64,000 nt of DNA, taken from positions 20,098 to 84,097 of the forward strand of contig DASTFJ010000277.1 in NCBI GenBank assembly GCA_035708745.1. Reading direction: 5' to 3'. The position numbers and the translations under genes are program-made. Below are positions 51,266-60,874 of the stretch, in pieces. The stretch is from Thermomicrobiales bacterium (GTDB lineage: Bacteria; Chloroflexota; Chloroflexia; Thermomicrobiales; UBA6265). The notes beneath the pieces were generated by a model. That model saw nothing but the letters and a program-made list of their open reading frames with translations, was not told the DNA's origin and made no database searches. How positions within the stretch are numbered: position 1 is the first letter of the stretch; every line of letters begins with the position of its first letter.

Positions 51266-52479
51266 AGCAGCGCGGCAATCTCGCGGTCGGTCATCCGGCG
51301 CGCTCCCGGCGCAAACGACAGTGGAACGACTGAGCTGCGCATCGACTCGTCATCGAAGAAATCCACCAAATCGGCTCGCAATGCGTCCAGCGCGTCGAAG
51401 CGGAGCAACGCAAGGGTCGAACCGCCTTCGCCGCCACCCATCATGCGCGCTCCAGCAACACCGGGCACCCCGCGCATAACTTCGACGAGCGCTTCCACTT
51501 GGGGATGGCTGATCGCATAATCTCCGGCCGACGACGCGCCGGATTCATTCATTAGCGCCCCGAACGCCACCCAGTCCTGCTCGCCCATTGCGACTTCACC
51601 GGCGCCCACTCGTCCGATCTCAGTAACGATGTGCCGCACTCGGGCCTGAAGATGTGGCTCGAGCACGGGAGGTTCAGCACGCTCGATCGCATCGAAATCG
51701 TGGGGGGTCAACGCTGCCAGATTGCCAATCGGTCGATCCCATGCTCGTTCGAGTCGCCGAACGGCCTCCGCGCATTCCGCGACTCGAATCGGATACGACG
51801 AGGTCCCCAGGGTGCGTTCGACTCGCGAGTCGACCACCACAAAGCAATACGTTGCCAGATCCGGCGCAACAGAAGTGGTCCCTTCCGGACCTTCGTAGCG
51901 AATGACCTGACCAAAAACCGAGGCAGCCTGATCCATGGTGCCGCATGGCACACCCGTCCAGTTCTCGGCCGCCTGCGCGTCGTAGACGAGCTCTGCGCCG
52001 CTCAGAGGGTCAGCGTTCATCAGCAGCGTTAGCGCCACACAGAGAGCGGCTGAAGAGCTCATACCAGACCCGATCGGAATCGAGGTGGCAACTACGGTCC
52101 GCCCTACGCAAAGGTCCTTCCCGTTTTCCCGCGAGCGGGCTGCCACACCCAGCGCAAAGTCCGACGGACGTGGCGAACCAGGCGATGCCGCCTCCAGCGA
52201 ACCGGCCTGGAGATCGAGCCGAACTGGGCCGTCACTCAAAAAATCGGCGAACAGAAACTCGGGGTTGCCACACCCGTCACTGAGAGCGACCGTCGCCCGG
52301 TCGATGGCGGCCGCCAGCACTGGACCACCGTTGTAATCGACATGATTCCCGAGAATTTCGATCCGGCCGGGAGCCACCGCGGCCCGATCTGGTCGCCAGC
52401 CGGGACCCCACATTTCCCGCGCCGCACTAACAGCCCGTGCAAACGTGCGTGCTACGTCGAGCTCATGGGAGGACGCCAT
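51259..52479 (-). CDS. galK: Galactokinase-family GHMP kinase
   Basis: APGRIEILGNHVDYNGGPVL (galactokinase signature) and PIGSGMSSSAALCVAL (GHMP motif). ATG 52479, with GGAGGGA RBS. Confidence 0.85.
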   Translation of the reverse strand: MASSHELDVARTFARAVSAAREMWGPGWRPDRAAVAPGRIEILGNHVDYNGGPVLAAAIDRATVALSDGCGNPEFLFADFLSDGPVRLDLQAGSLEAASPGSPRPSDFALGVAARSRENGKDLCVGRTVVATSIPIGSGMSSSAALCVALTLLMNADPLSGAELVYDAQAAENWTGVPCGTMDQAASVFGQVIRYEGPEGTTSVAPDLATYCFVVVDSRVERTLGTSSYPIRVAECAEAVRRLERAWDRPIGNLAALTPHDFDAIERAEPPVLEPHLQARVRHIVTEIGRVGAGEVAMGEQDWVAFGALMNESGASSAGDYAISHPQVEALVEVMRGVPGVAGARMMGGGEGGSTLALLRFDALDALRADLVDFFDDESMRSSVVPLSFAPGARRMTDREIAALLQ

Positions 52480-52500
52480 CGTCCCTCCGTCCTTTCTCAC

Positions 52501-53208
52501 TCAGCGACGCATTTGAACGGTCTTGAACGCTTCGGCGAGCTCGAAATCTTGCCCTTCGGCCACTTCGGCATTGCGCTCGCGCACTCGCTTTTCCATCTCG
52601 ACACCGTCGCCAACCTGCGATGCATGACGCTTCAATGAAGCGATCTTGGCATCGAAAGTGTCGGTGATGTCGACCACCAGATCCGGCTCCTCCGCATTGA
52701 AGAACCAGATCTCCGCCGTCTTATGCGGCTCCAGTCCTTCAGCCAGGTGCTCGGGAAAATAATGTGGATCCCGTGCGGTTGGATAGACCGCGTCCAGCGC
52801 CGCGAAACCGCAAGCGCGGTGGTCAGGGTGCAGAGCGTAGGGCCGGAAAGGGTCGTGACTGACGATCACGTCAGGCTTGAACGTCCGAATCTGCCGCACA
52901 ACCTTCTCGCGCAGCGTCAGATCCGGCACAAGCTCGCCATCGGTGCAGCGGAGATAGACGACTTCCGCCACACCAAGAGCGGCCGCCGCGTTCTTTTCCT
53001 CGACCTCTCGTCCCGAAGCCAGTTGGTCGCTTGGAATCGTATGGTCCGGCGTGCCCTTATCTCCGGAGGTCACCTGGACGATGACGACTTTCTTGCCCAT
53101 ATTCGCTAATCGTGCGATCGTGCCCGCGGAAGAGAATTCCGCATCGTCCGGGTGCGCAACCACCCACATATACGTATCCCATTCGTCCCACTTCGTCGAT
53201 ACGCTCAT
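52501..53208 (-). CDS. PIG-L/LmbE-family N-acetylglucosaminyl deacetylase
   Basis: VVAHPDDAEFSSAGT, and HPDH later in the protein. ATGA overlap with hisS. Confidence 0.82.
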   Translation of the reverse strand: MSVSTKWDEWDTYMWVVAHPDDAEFSSAGTIARLANMGKKVVIVQVTSGDKGTPDHTIPSDQLASGREVEEKNAAAALGVAEVVYLRCTDGELVPDLTLREKVVRQIRTFKPDVIVSHDPFRPYALHPDHRACGFAALDAVYPTARDPHYFPEHLAEGLEPHKTAEIWFFNAEEPDLVVDITDTFDAKIASLKRHASQVGDGVEMEKRVRERNAEVAEGQDFELAEAFKTVQMRR

Positions 53209-54593
53209 TCCGCTCGATTCCGTTCTTGCGATGCTTTGGTCGCGGCAATCATGGAAGAAATTCGGTCGATCAGTTCCGGCCGTTCGATATCGATCTGTTC
53301 GCCGGAAGCGAGATCTTTGATCGCCACCACGCTCCGAGCGGCCTCGTCGGGCCCAGCGATCGCGGCAAGCGCAATGCCTCGTCGACCGGCATATTTGAGT
53401 TGCTCTCCCAAACCCTTGCTCTCCAGAAGCGAAAGATCGGTCTTGATCCCGGCGGCACGCAAATCTCGGGTCAATTCGGCGGCGATGCCGAGCGTGCGAT
53501 CGACGACCGGCACGAAGACCTGCGCGACCGCGGTCGGTATGGGCAGCGTTTGGTGCTCGCGCACGACTTCGATGATCCGTTCCAACCCCAACGAAACGCC
53601 AGTCGCCGAAATCGGACGGCTTCCGAAGGAGCCAATCAAGCCTTCGTACCGCCCTCCTCCCGCGACGGAGCCGACCTTCGGTTCGGTCACCTTCGCCTCG
53701 AAGACCGGCCCGGTGTAGTAGTCGAGTCCACGCGCAAGGGTCAGATCGAGAACTGCCTTGCTCGAGTCGACACCCATCTGAGACAACAGCTGAAATAGCT
53801 CCGTCATCTCGGCCAGCGCGCCCTCTGCATTCGCATCGGATGGCAGTCGCCGGCTCAGCTCGAAAAGGATGTCCGAGCTGTTGCCGCTGATAGCGATCGT
53901 TTCCAGAATGGCATCCGCGGCTTCACGAGATATTCCGCCTTCCAGCATCTCAATTTTCACGCCGTCCGCGCCGATCTTGTCGAGTTTGTCGACCGAGCGG
54001 TAAACGGTGGCCGCCTGATATTCAGGTACGCCAGCGGCAATGGCGATGCGCTCCAGCAACCGGCGGTGACTGATATGCACCACCGAGTTGTCGAGCCCGA
54101 CCGAACCCAACGCATCGACCAGCACCGAGATGATCTCGGCGTCCGCGGCCATCGACTCGACACCGGCGATATCGGCATCACACTGCCAGAATTCGCGGAA
54201 GCGCCCCCGCTGCGGTCGGTCGGCGCGCCAGACGGGCGCCACGTGATAGCGCTTGAACGGCAAGACGATTTCCGACTGATGCATCGCCACCACCCGCGCC
54301 AGCGGAACGGTCAGGTCATATCGCAACCCCACGCTGCGACCGCCATGATCCTCGAAGGCGTACATCAGCTTTTCGTTCTCACCGGCCTTGCCGGTAAGCA
54401 CTTCGAGATATTCGATCGCGGGCGTATCGAGCGGATCGAACCCATGCAACTCGAAGACCTGCTTGAACCGTCCGATGATCTCTTGCCGCAGAATCATCTG
54501 CTCCGGCAAATAATCTCGAAACCCCTTTAAGATCGATGGCTTGCGTGTGACCTGCGAAGTGGCGCTCACGAATCCCTTACTTTCGAATCTCAT
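53205..54593 (-). CDS. hisS: Histidine--tRNA ligase
   Basis: LKGFRDYLP, LRYDLTVPLARV, RYHVAPVWRADRPQRGRFREFWQCD and GGGRYEGL. Start is ATG 54593 or TTG 54608. Confidence 0.95.
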   Translation of the reverse strand: MRFESKGFVSATSQVTRKPSILKGFRDYLPEQMILRQEIIGRFKQVFELHGFDPLDTPAIEYLEVLTGKAGENEKLMYAFEDHGGRSVGLRYDLTVPLARVVAMHQSEIVLPFKRYHVAPVWRADRPQRGRFREFWQCDADIAGVESMAADAEIISVLVDALGSVGLDNSVVHISHRRLLERIAIAAGVPEYQAATVYRSVDKLDKIGADGVKIEMLEGGISREAADAILETIAISGNSSDILFELSRRLPSDANAEGALAEMTELFQLLSQMGVDSSKAVLDLTLARGLDYYTGPVFEAKVTEPKVGSVAGGGRYEGLIGSFGSRPISATGVSLGLERIIEVVREHQTLPIPTAVAQVFVPVVDRTLGIAAELTRDLRAAGIKTDLSLLESKGLGEQLKYAGRRGIALAAIAGPDEAARSVVAIKDLASGEQIDIERPELIDRISSMIAATKASQERNRAE

Positions 54594-55092
54594 AAACGAC
54601 GTGTGCAATTTCCGGAAGAATCAATCGTTCCATCGCGAGCCGGATAGCATTCCGCGATCCGGGAAGCGCAAATACCGCTGTCGAACCGATCGCGCCAGCA
54701 GTCGCTCGGGAAAGCATGGCCGCTGATCCGATCTCTTCCCAGCTCAGCATCCGGAAAAGCTCTCCGAATCCAGCTAACTCCCGATCGAGTATCGAGCTCA
54801 CCGCTTCATACGTCACATCGCGCCGCGCGATTCCGGTCCCACCGGTTGAAATCGCGACGTCGACCGCTGGGTCGCCCGCGAGGTCGAGAATGGCGCTGAC
54901 GATATTATCCCGGTCATCGCGAACGATCGACCGGCTCGCGACGACGTGGCCAGATTGCCCCACGAGCTCCGCGATCAACGCGCCACCGGTATCGTCATCG
55001 AGCGTACGGGTATCGCTGATCGTGACAATCCCAATCGACAACGATGCTACCGCTTCTTCTCGATGGTGCTGGACAGACTCGCTCGGCGCCAT
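54577..55092 (-). CDS. moaB: Molybdenum cofactor biosynthesis protein MoaB (MogA/MoaB family)
   Basis: IGIVTISDTR, STGGTGIARRDVT, and ALPGSRNA near the C-terminus. Confidence 0.88.
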   Translation of the reverse strand: MAPSESVQHHREEAVASLSIGIVTISDTRTLDDDTGGALIAELVGQSGHVVASRSIVRDDRDNIVSAILDLAGDPAVDVAISTGGTGIARRDVTYEAVSSILDRELAGFGELFRMLSWEEIGSAAMLSRATAGAIGSTAVFALPGSRNAIRLAMERLILPEIAHVVYEIRK

Positions 55093-55122
55093 CGCGTCAT
55101 GATACGGGAGAACTTGCGCGAA

Positions 55123-55512
55123 TCAACCGAATTGCGCGGCATTTGCGATATGTGTAAACCGCACAACCGCCCCCGATCGGTCGAGGGTGATCGCGATCAG
55201 ATCGATCCGCCAGATCGGATCGCCGATCTCGGGGCATTCAGCCAGATACCACTCTGCCGCGGTCGCCAGCTTGCGAGCTTTCGCCGGGGTCATTGATTCC
55301 TCGGCACTCCCGCTCCCTGCACCGGTGCGAGCTTTCACCTCGACAAAAACCAGCTCGTCCCGATCCCACATGATTGCATCGAGCTCCCCGGCAGTGCATC
55401 GCCAGTTACGCTCCACCAGTCGAAATCCGCGCCGTTGCAGCGCATCGACCGCCAAATCCTCGGCCCGCGCTCCAAGCCGGATATGTGCGGGACCTACTGG
55501 TGATTCAGGCAT
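55123..55512 (-). CDS. yraN: YraN-family (UPF0102) endonuclease-like protein
   Basis: GARAEDLAVDALQRRGFRLVERNWRCTAGELDAIMWDRDELVFVEVKAR. Confidence 0.88.
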   Translation of the reverse strand: MPESPVGPAHIRLGARAEDLAVDALQRRGFRLVERNWRCTAGELDAIMWDRDELVFVEVKARTGAGSGSAEESMTPAKARKLATAAEWYLAECPEIGDPIWRIDLIAITLDRSGAVVRFTHIANAAQFG

Positions 55513-56144
55513 TCCTGAACCGGCCTGAATGAGCGGCGATGAAAATTGGCCGGCCCGTGCAATTTCAGGGCACGAAGATGCTCTGGTGTTCCATAACCAA
55601 CATGCTGATCGAGCCCATAGCGGCTGTCCTCACAATGGAGTGCGCACATCAAACGATCGCGAGTCACCTTGGCGACGATCGACGCCGCCGCGATCGAAAG
55701 ACATCGCGCATCGCCATCGATCAGTCCGACCTGCGGCAAATCCAGATCGGTCACGAATGCGTCCAGCAACAACGCGGACGGCTCACACCCCAAACCGAAC
55801 ACGGCTCGTTCCATGGCTAGCCGATTCGCGGCAGTCATCCCGAGCGCATCGATTTCCTGGCACTCGACCATGCCAATGCCGATATTGGTACTGCACCGCT
55901 CGATAACCACAAGCGATGTTTCCCTTGCCTGCCGCGTCATCAGTTTGGAGTCTCGGACCGATGCGAGAATCTTTTCCCGTCTCGAACGCGTGCCGATCGC
56001 AGCCATATCGAAAATGACCGCCGCCGCCACCAGCGGTCCCGCCAGTGCCCCCCGCCCGACTTCGTCGACTCCGGCCACAAGGTCGTAGCCGGCATTCCAG
56101 AAATCGCGTTCCCAGTGAAACTGGCTAACTGGCAAGATCGTCAT
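55494..56144 (-). CDS. rnhB: Ribonuclease HII
   Basis: AGVDEVGRGALAGPLVAAAV, DSKLM and ASIVAKVTRD. Confidence 0.94.
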   Translation of the reverse strand: MTILPVSQFHWERDFWNAGYDLVAGVDEVGRGALAGPLVAAAVIFDMAAIGTRSRREKILASVRDSKLMTRQARETSLVVIERCSTNIGIGMVECQEIDALGMTAANRLAMERAVFGLGCEPSALLLDAFVTDLDLPQVGLIDGDARCLSIAAASIVAKVTRDRLMCALHCEDSRYGLDQHVGYGTPEHLRALKLHGPANFHRRSFRPVQECLNHQ

Positions 56145-56163
56145 CCGTTCCGGAAACGCAAAA

Positions 56164-56187
56164 CGGGCGCGGAATGCTCCACGCCCG
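56164..56187 (-). terminator. Intrinsic terminator downstream of rplS
   Basis: The minus strand reads CGGGCG-TGGAGCATTCCG-CGCCCG followed by TTTTGCGTTT. Confidence 0.6.
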
Positions 56188-56218
56188 CGATTCTACTATT
56201 GCCTTTTGCCCAGCGCTG

Positions 56219-56782
56219 CTAGGCCTTCGACTCGTCCCCCTCGGAAACGGTCTTGCCGGCAGCTTCGGCATCCTCGGCAGCAAGCACCACCGGATCGACC
56301 AGCTCGGCGCTCTCCTCGGACATGACGCCTTCCTGCACAGCAGCCTCGATCAGCGCCGCGTCGTCGACCGGCGTCGCCTCAGCCACGACTGGCTCAGCCA
56401 CCACGGTCGGCGGCACGATGACGCGATTCGGGCGCCGGCGCTCCTTGATGCGAGCGGCCTTGCCAGTCAAATCGCGCAGGTAGTAGAGCCGCGCGCGACG
56501 CACCAGTCCGTTACGCACCACTTCGATCTTCTCGATGCGCGGGGAATGAATGAGAAAGGTGCGCTCGACCCCGACGCCGTGCGACGCGATGCGGCGGACC
56601 GTGAAGTTCTCGTTTACGCCACCAGACCGGCGGCGAATGACAACGCCTTCGAACACCTGGATGCGCTCGCGAGTTCCCTCGACGACTTTCGCATGGACGC
56701 GAACGGTGTCGCCGGCGCCGAACTCCGGTACAAACGACTTGAGTTGCTCTTGTTCGAGCGCCTGGATCAGCTGCGCGGACAT
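56219..56782 (-). CDS. rplS: 50S ribosomal protein L19 with an acidic C-terminal extension of about 70 aa
   Basis: [71 protein letters not shown] 56782 with AGGAAG RBS. The tail after residue 120 or so is [28 protein letters not shown]... Confidence 0.93.
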   Translation of the reverse strand: MSAQLIQALEQEQLKSFVPEFGAGDTVRVHAKVVEGTRERIQVFEGVVIRRRSGGVNENFTVRRIASHGVGVERTFLIHSPRIEKIEVVRNGLVRRARLYYLRDLTGKAARIKERRRPNRVIVPPTVVAEPVVAEATPVDDAALIEAAVQEGVMSEESAELVDPVVLAAEDAEAAGKTVSEGDESKA

Positions 56783-56863
56783 ATGATGACTTCCTGACTC
56801 TATTGACCCGAAATTGGGCGGGACCGACCCCAGCGAACCGCCGCACAGGCGGAAACAGGACAC

Positions 56864-56888
56864 AAAAAGAACGACCGATAGTGGTCGT
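56864..56888 (-). terminator. Intrinsic terminator downstream of the homocysteine methyltransferase/MTHFR gene
   Basis: The minus strand reads ACGACC-ACTATC-GGTCGT followed by TCTTTTTGTG. Confidence 0.6.
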
Positions 56889-56930
56889 AGCCGATCGAGT
56901 TTAGCATGAACCTCGGGCGAATTCGACTGA

Positions 56931-58835
56931 TTATCCGGCCGCGATGAACTCCAGCTCGCGCCCGTGCGCAGGTTCGAGCACGTCCAAGACCTCGGCTGCT
57001 ACCTCATACCGGCCGAAAGACGGCATCAGGTAGACCCCTTGCGCGATCGGCATCAGATCGAGCAGCAACTCTTGCGCCATGCGCACCCCTTCTCGCCGTC
57101 CATCGGGACCCGCCGCGTGCATTCGCCGCAACGCGTCTTCCGTCAATGTGATCCCCGGCACCTCGTTGTGGAGGAAATCGGCGTGTTTGGCGCTTTGCAA
57201 CGGCAAAATGCCAATCATCAATGGTACGGGGATCGGACCGCCAAAGAACGCGAGAAATTCCGTCCAGACCGAGGCATCGAAAATAGGCTGGGTCATCACG
57301 AAATGTGCGCCCGCCTCCAGTTTGGCATGCAGCCGCTCAGCTTCGAGCGCGAGATCTTGCCGGGTGGGATCGACCGCACACCCAATGCGGAAGTCCGCCC
57401 GGCTGCCAATCGGCGCGCCGACGGCATCGACCCCTTCGTTCATATTGGTCAGCAGCTTGATGAGACCGATCGAATCGGTATCGTAAACGCCGGTGGTACC
57501 CGGGTACCCACCCAGCGTCGGAGGATCGCCGGTCAGCGCCAGGACCGTTCGCACGCCGGCGGCGTGTGCGCCCAGCAGTTCCGATTGAATGCCCATCAGC
57601 GACCGGTCGCGCGTCGTGAAATGCACAATCGTCTCCACATCGACCTGGTGTTGGATCATCATGCACAACGTCAGCGCACTCATGCGGACGCGCGCCATTG
57701 GCGAATCCGCCACATTGATGGCATCGACTCCGGCGCGCTTGAGAAGCTCGGCCCCGACCAGGGCTTTTTCTGGATTCAGTCCCTTCGGCGGGTCGATCTC
57801 GACCGCCACGAGGAATTTCCGCCCGAGCTCGGTGCGAAAGCCGTCCGGTTGGTGCTGGATGCCGCTGGCCGCCGGTTGAGCGATCTCCGCAACAACCAGC
57901 TCGGAGACAACTGGTGGCCGCTCCTGAATCTCGCCGGTCGCTCGCTCGAGCATTGCCCGAGCCATCGCCTCGATGTGCGCCGGTGTCGTGCCACAGCACC
58001 CTCCGATCACGGTCACACCCGCGTCAGCCGCCTGCAATGCGAACTTTGCAAAATAATCGGGGGAGCTCGGGTAGATCATCCGCCCGCCCTGCTGCGTCGG
58101 CCATCCGGCATTGGGGATGCACGCCAAAGGCAGACTGACACCGCGTCGGTCGAGCTCACGCTCATAGGCATCGACCACCTGCAGCAATCGCTGAGGGCCA
58201 ACCGAACAATTCGCGCCGATGACGTCGACATCGTGTTCGAGAAGCATTTCCACCACCGCCGCCGCTTCATTGCCTGCGACGGTTCGGCCGTCTTCTGCAA
58301 ACGTCAGCATCGCGATGATCGGCAAGTCGCTGCATTCCCGCGCCGCGGCAATTGCCTCGCGCATTTCAGAGATATCGGGAATCGTTTCGATCGTCAGCAG
58401 ATCGACGCCGCCTTCCAGCAACGCCTCGATCTGCTCCCGAAATGCCGCGCGCACCTTCTCGGCACTGGCTTTGCCAATGGGCGGCAAGCGCTGTAAAGTC
58501 GGACCGATCGAGCCGGCCACAAAGACAGAGCGACCCGAAATCTCGCGTTGTTCTCGCGCGATCTTCGCCGCCACCCGATTCAGCTGCCGTACCTTGCCGC
58601 CCAGCCCAAGCTGCTCCAGCTTGAACCGATTGGCGCCATACGAATTTGTCTCGATGATTTCGGCGCCGGCCGCGATATACGCTCGGTGGATCGACGCAAC
58701 CAAATCTGGATTCGAGAGATTCAGCACATCGAACGCCGAATCGTGCGGGACCCCGCTCGAATGCAGCATGGTTCCCATCGCCCCATCGCCGATGATGGGT
58801 CCCTGCTGGAGTCGTTCGAGAAACGGATTGGTCAT
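56931..58835 (-). CDS. Bifunctional homocysteine S-methyltransferase domain / 5,10-methylenetetrahydrofolate reductase (YitJ-like fusion)
   Basis: N-terminal Hcy-binding domain ([32 protein letters not shown]) fused to a C-terminal MetF-like domain (EIDPPKG, TTRDR, ALTGDPP). I chose ATG 58835. Confidence 0.85.
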   Translation of the reverse strand: MTNPFLERLQQGPIIGDGAMGTMLHSSGVPHDSAFDVLNLSNPDLVASIHRAYIAAGAEIIETNSYGANRFKLEQLGLGGKVRQLNRVAAKIAREQREISGRSVFVAGSIGPTLQRLPPIGKASAEKVRAAFREQIEALLEGGVDLLTIETIPDISEMREAIAAARECSDLPIIAMLTFAEDGRTVAGNEAAAVVEMLLEHDVDVIGANCSVGPQRLLQVVDAYERELDRRGVSLPLACIPNAGWPTQQGGRMIYPSSPDYFAKFALQAADAGVTVIGGCCGTTPAHIEAMARAMLERATGEIQERPPVVSELVVAEIAQPAASGIQHQPDGFRTELGRKFLVAVEIDPPKGLNPEKALVGAELLKRAGVDAINVADSPMARVRMSALTLCMMIQHQVDVETIVHFTTRDRSLMGIQSELLGAHAAGVRTVLALTGDPPTLGGYPGTTGVYDTDSIGLIKLLTNMNEGVDAVGAPIGSRADFRIGCAVDPTRQDLALEAERLHAKLEAGAHFVMTQPIFDASVWTEFLAFFGGPIPVPLMIGILPLQSAKHADFLHNEVPGITLTEDALRRMHAAGPDGRREGVRMAQELLLDLMPIAQGVYLMPSFGRYEVAAEVLDVLEPAHGRELEFIAAG

Positions 58836-58950
58836 TGCGAGAAGCGCCGTTCTGTAATGGGAAACGACTGGGAGAACATGCAAATCTGTCGTCCGAACTA
58901 GAATACCGCGAGCGACAAGCCGGGCGATATTGGAAGGGGCCGATGAATCT

Positions 58951-59796
58951 GTGCCGGATTTCACATTTGGACTCTGCACCGACCAAAACCTCCCGTGGGA
59001 GGAGCATCGCGACCGGTGGAAATACTTCGAATCGCTGGGCTTTGCTTCGCTCTGGGACTGCGATCACTACCAGCAACCCAGCCGGCCAAACGGCCCCTAT
59101 TTCGAGGGCTGGACGCTCCTGGCGGCGCTTGCGGCCGAAACGTCGACTGCCCGACTCGGCGTGCTGGTGACATCCAACACGTTCAGGCATCCCGCACTCG
59201 TCGCCAAAATGGCTGCAACCGTGGATCACATCTCCGGCGGTCGGGTCGAAGTCGGTCTCGGCGCCGGCTGGTATGCTCCCGAGCACGTCGCATTCGGCAT
59301 TCCATTTCCAGAACCGCCTGAGCTGGTTGCCCGCTACCGCGAAGCGGTACAGATCGTCGACGACATGCTACGTGAGGAGGTGACGTCCTTCGACGGCGCC
59401 TATTACCAGCTGACCGATGCTCCGGCGCGCCCGCGTCCGGTCCAGCGTCCCCGGCCGCCGCTCACGCTCGGCGCTCACGGTCGAAAAATGCTTCGCATCG
59501 TGGCCGAATATGCAGACCGCTGGAACTCACACGGCACCCCCGCCGAGATAGCGCAGCGAAACGCGATCCTGGACGAGCACTGCATGGCAATCGGCCGCGA
59601 TCCCGCCTCGATCGTCCGTTCCCTCTATGTCTGGGCAACGTTGGCCCCGGCCGATCCCTGGAGTTCGGCCGATGCATTCGAAGAAATGGTCGGCGTTTAC
59701 GCGGAAGCGGGTATACGCGAATTCATTGTCGACTCCCCGGAACCAGAGCAATTTTCCGTACTCGAGCAAGTCGCGAGCCAGGTTCTCGCACCATGA
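58951..59796 (+). CDS. Luciferase-like (LLM class) flavin/F420-dependent oxidoreductase
   Basis: FGLCTD, FESLGFASLWDCDHY, and RLGVLVTSNTFRHPALVAKMAATVDHISGGRVEVGLGAGW. Start is uncertain: GTG 58951 or TTG 58930. Confidence 0.8.
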   Translation: MPDFTFGLCTDQNLPWEEHRDRWKYFESLGFASLWDCDHYQQPSRPNGPYFEGWTLLAALAAETSTARLGVLVTSNTFRHPALVAKMAATVDHISGGRVEVGLGAGWYAPEHVAFGIPFPEPPELVARYREAVQIVDDMLREEVTSFDGAYYQLTDAPARPRPVQRPRPPLTLGAHGRKMLRIVAEYADRWNSHGTPAEIAQRNAILDEHCMAIGRDPASIVRSLYVWATLAPADPWSSADAFEEMVGVYAEAGIREFIVDSPEPEQFSVLEQVASQVLAP

Positions 59797-59950
59797 GGAA
59801 GCGGTATTCTTACGTCGAGCGGTATTGGGGTGAATCCGCTCGACGCATTCGTTCAGCTTGCAAGGAAGCAGGTTCGATGGCGGACTCGGTGCCCCGAGCG
59901 CGGTCGTATGTTCGACCCCAAACGACCCTTCGAGCCAAATCGAGCGAGCA

Positions 59951-60844
59951 ATGATCCTGACTACAGCCGGAACGTCCGAGGCAGCCGCCATTCCTTCCGT
60001 CCTCGACCGCACGCACCAGGGACCGGTCATAGCCATCGGCGGAGCCGAGGATAAATTCCGTGACCGTGTGATCCTCAGCCGGTTTACGGAGCTGGCGGGC
60101 GGGGCGGACGCCCGCATCGTTGTGATCCCAACCGCATCGTCGATCGAATCCGCCGGCGAACGCTACAAGGCTATTTTTCTCGGATTGGGAGTCGCACAGG
60201 TCGACATTGCCGTCATCGGCGATCGGCCCGATGCCAATTCCGATCTCATCGTCGACATGATTCGCCAAGCGACCGGCATCTTCATGACCGGCGGAAATCA
60301 GATGCGCCTGGCAGCCATCATCGGCGGAACCCGGGCGATGAACATCATTCTCGAACGCAATCTTCAATCTGCCGTCGTCGCAGGCACCAGCGCCGGGGCC
60401 TCCATTCTCTCGTCGCACATGGTCGCCTATGGTTCGAGCGGCAATAGTCCCAAGATGCGAATGGCCCAAATGGTAGCCGGATTCGGGTTGGTCCCCGGCG
60501 CCATCCTCGACCAGCACTTTCGCCAGCGCGACCGGCTCGGCCGGTTGATGATGTTGGTCGCCTCCAATCCGAGCTTGTTGGGCGTTGGCGTCGATGAAGA
60601 TACCGCAGCGATCTTTACGAACGACAGCTGCATCGAAATCCTCGGTCGTCATTCCGTCACGATCATCGATGGATCGGAAGCTTATTCCGATGTCTATCAA
60701 GTCAAAGGTCATGGCGGAATCACCCTCAGCGGCGCGAAAATACATGTGCTCACGAGCGGACATACCTTCGACATGGGGGGGCGCACATTGCTCGCTAAAC
60801 CGCCATTTGTCGTGCCGGATGGTTCGACCGGGAGCACGAGCTAA
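59951..60844 (+). CDS. cphB: Cyanophycinase (S51 peptidase); no signal peptide, so intracellular CphB-type
   Basis: IAIGGAEDK, IVVIPTAS, FMTGGNQ, GTSAGASILS (nucleophile Ser), DQHFRQRDRLGRL and GVGVDEDTA. I chose ATG 59951. Confidence 0.9.
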   Translation: MILTTAGTSEAAAIPSVLDRTHQGPVIAIGGAEDKFRDRVILSRFTELAGGADARIVVIPTASSIESAGERYKAIFLGLGVAQVDIAVIGDRPDANSDLIVDMIRQATGIFMTGGNQMRLAAIIGGTRAMNIILERNLQSAVVAGTSAGASILSSHMVAYGSSGNSPKMRMAQMVAGFGLVPGAILDQHFRQRDRLGRLMMLVASNPSLLGVGVDEDTAAIFTNDSCIEILGRHSVTIIDGSEAYSDVYQVKGHGGITLSGAKIHVLTSGHTFDMGGRTLLAKPPFVVPDGSTGSTS

Positions 60845-60874
60845 CAAGTTCGGTTCGAATTCAGGAGTGACGGG

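Noticed and set aside
56964-58496. 510-aa plus-strand ORF
   Set aside because: It is antisense to the homocysteine methyltransferase/MTHFR fusion. R/H/Q-rich artefact.
58836-58950. Expected SAM (S-box) riboswitch upstream of the YitJ-like homocysteine methyltransferase/MTHFR gene
   Set aside because: Only about 115 nt of divergent spacer is available, and I found none of the SAM-I core motifs in it.
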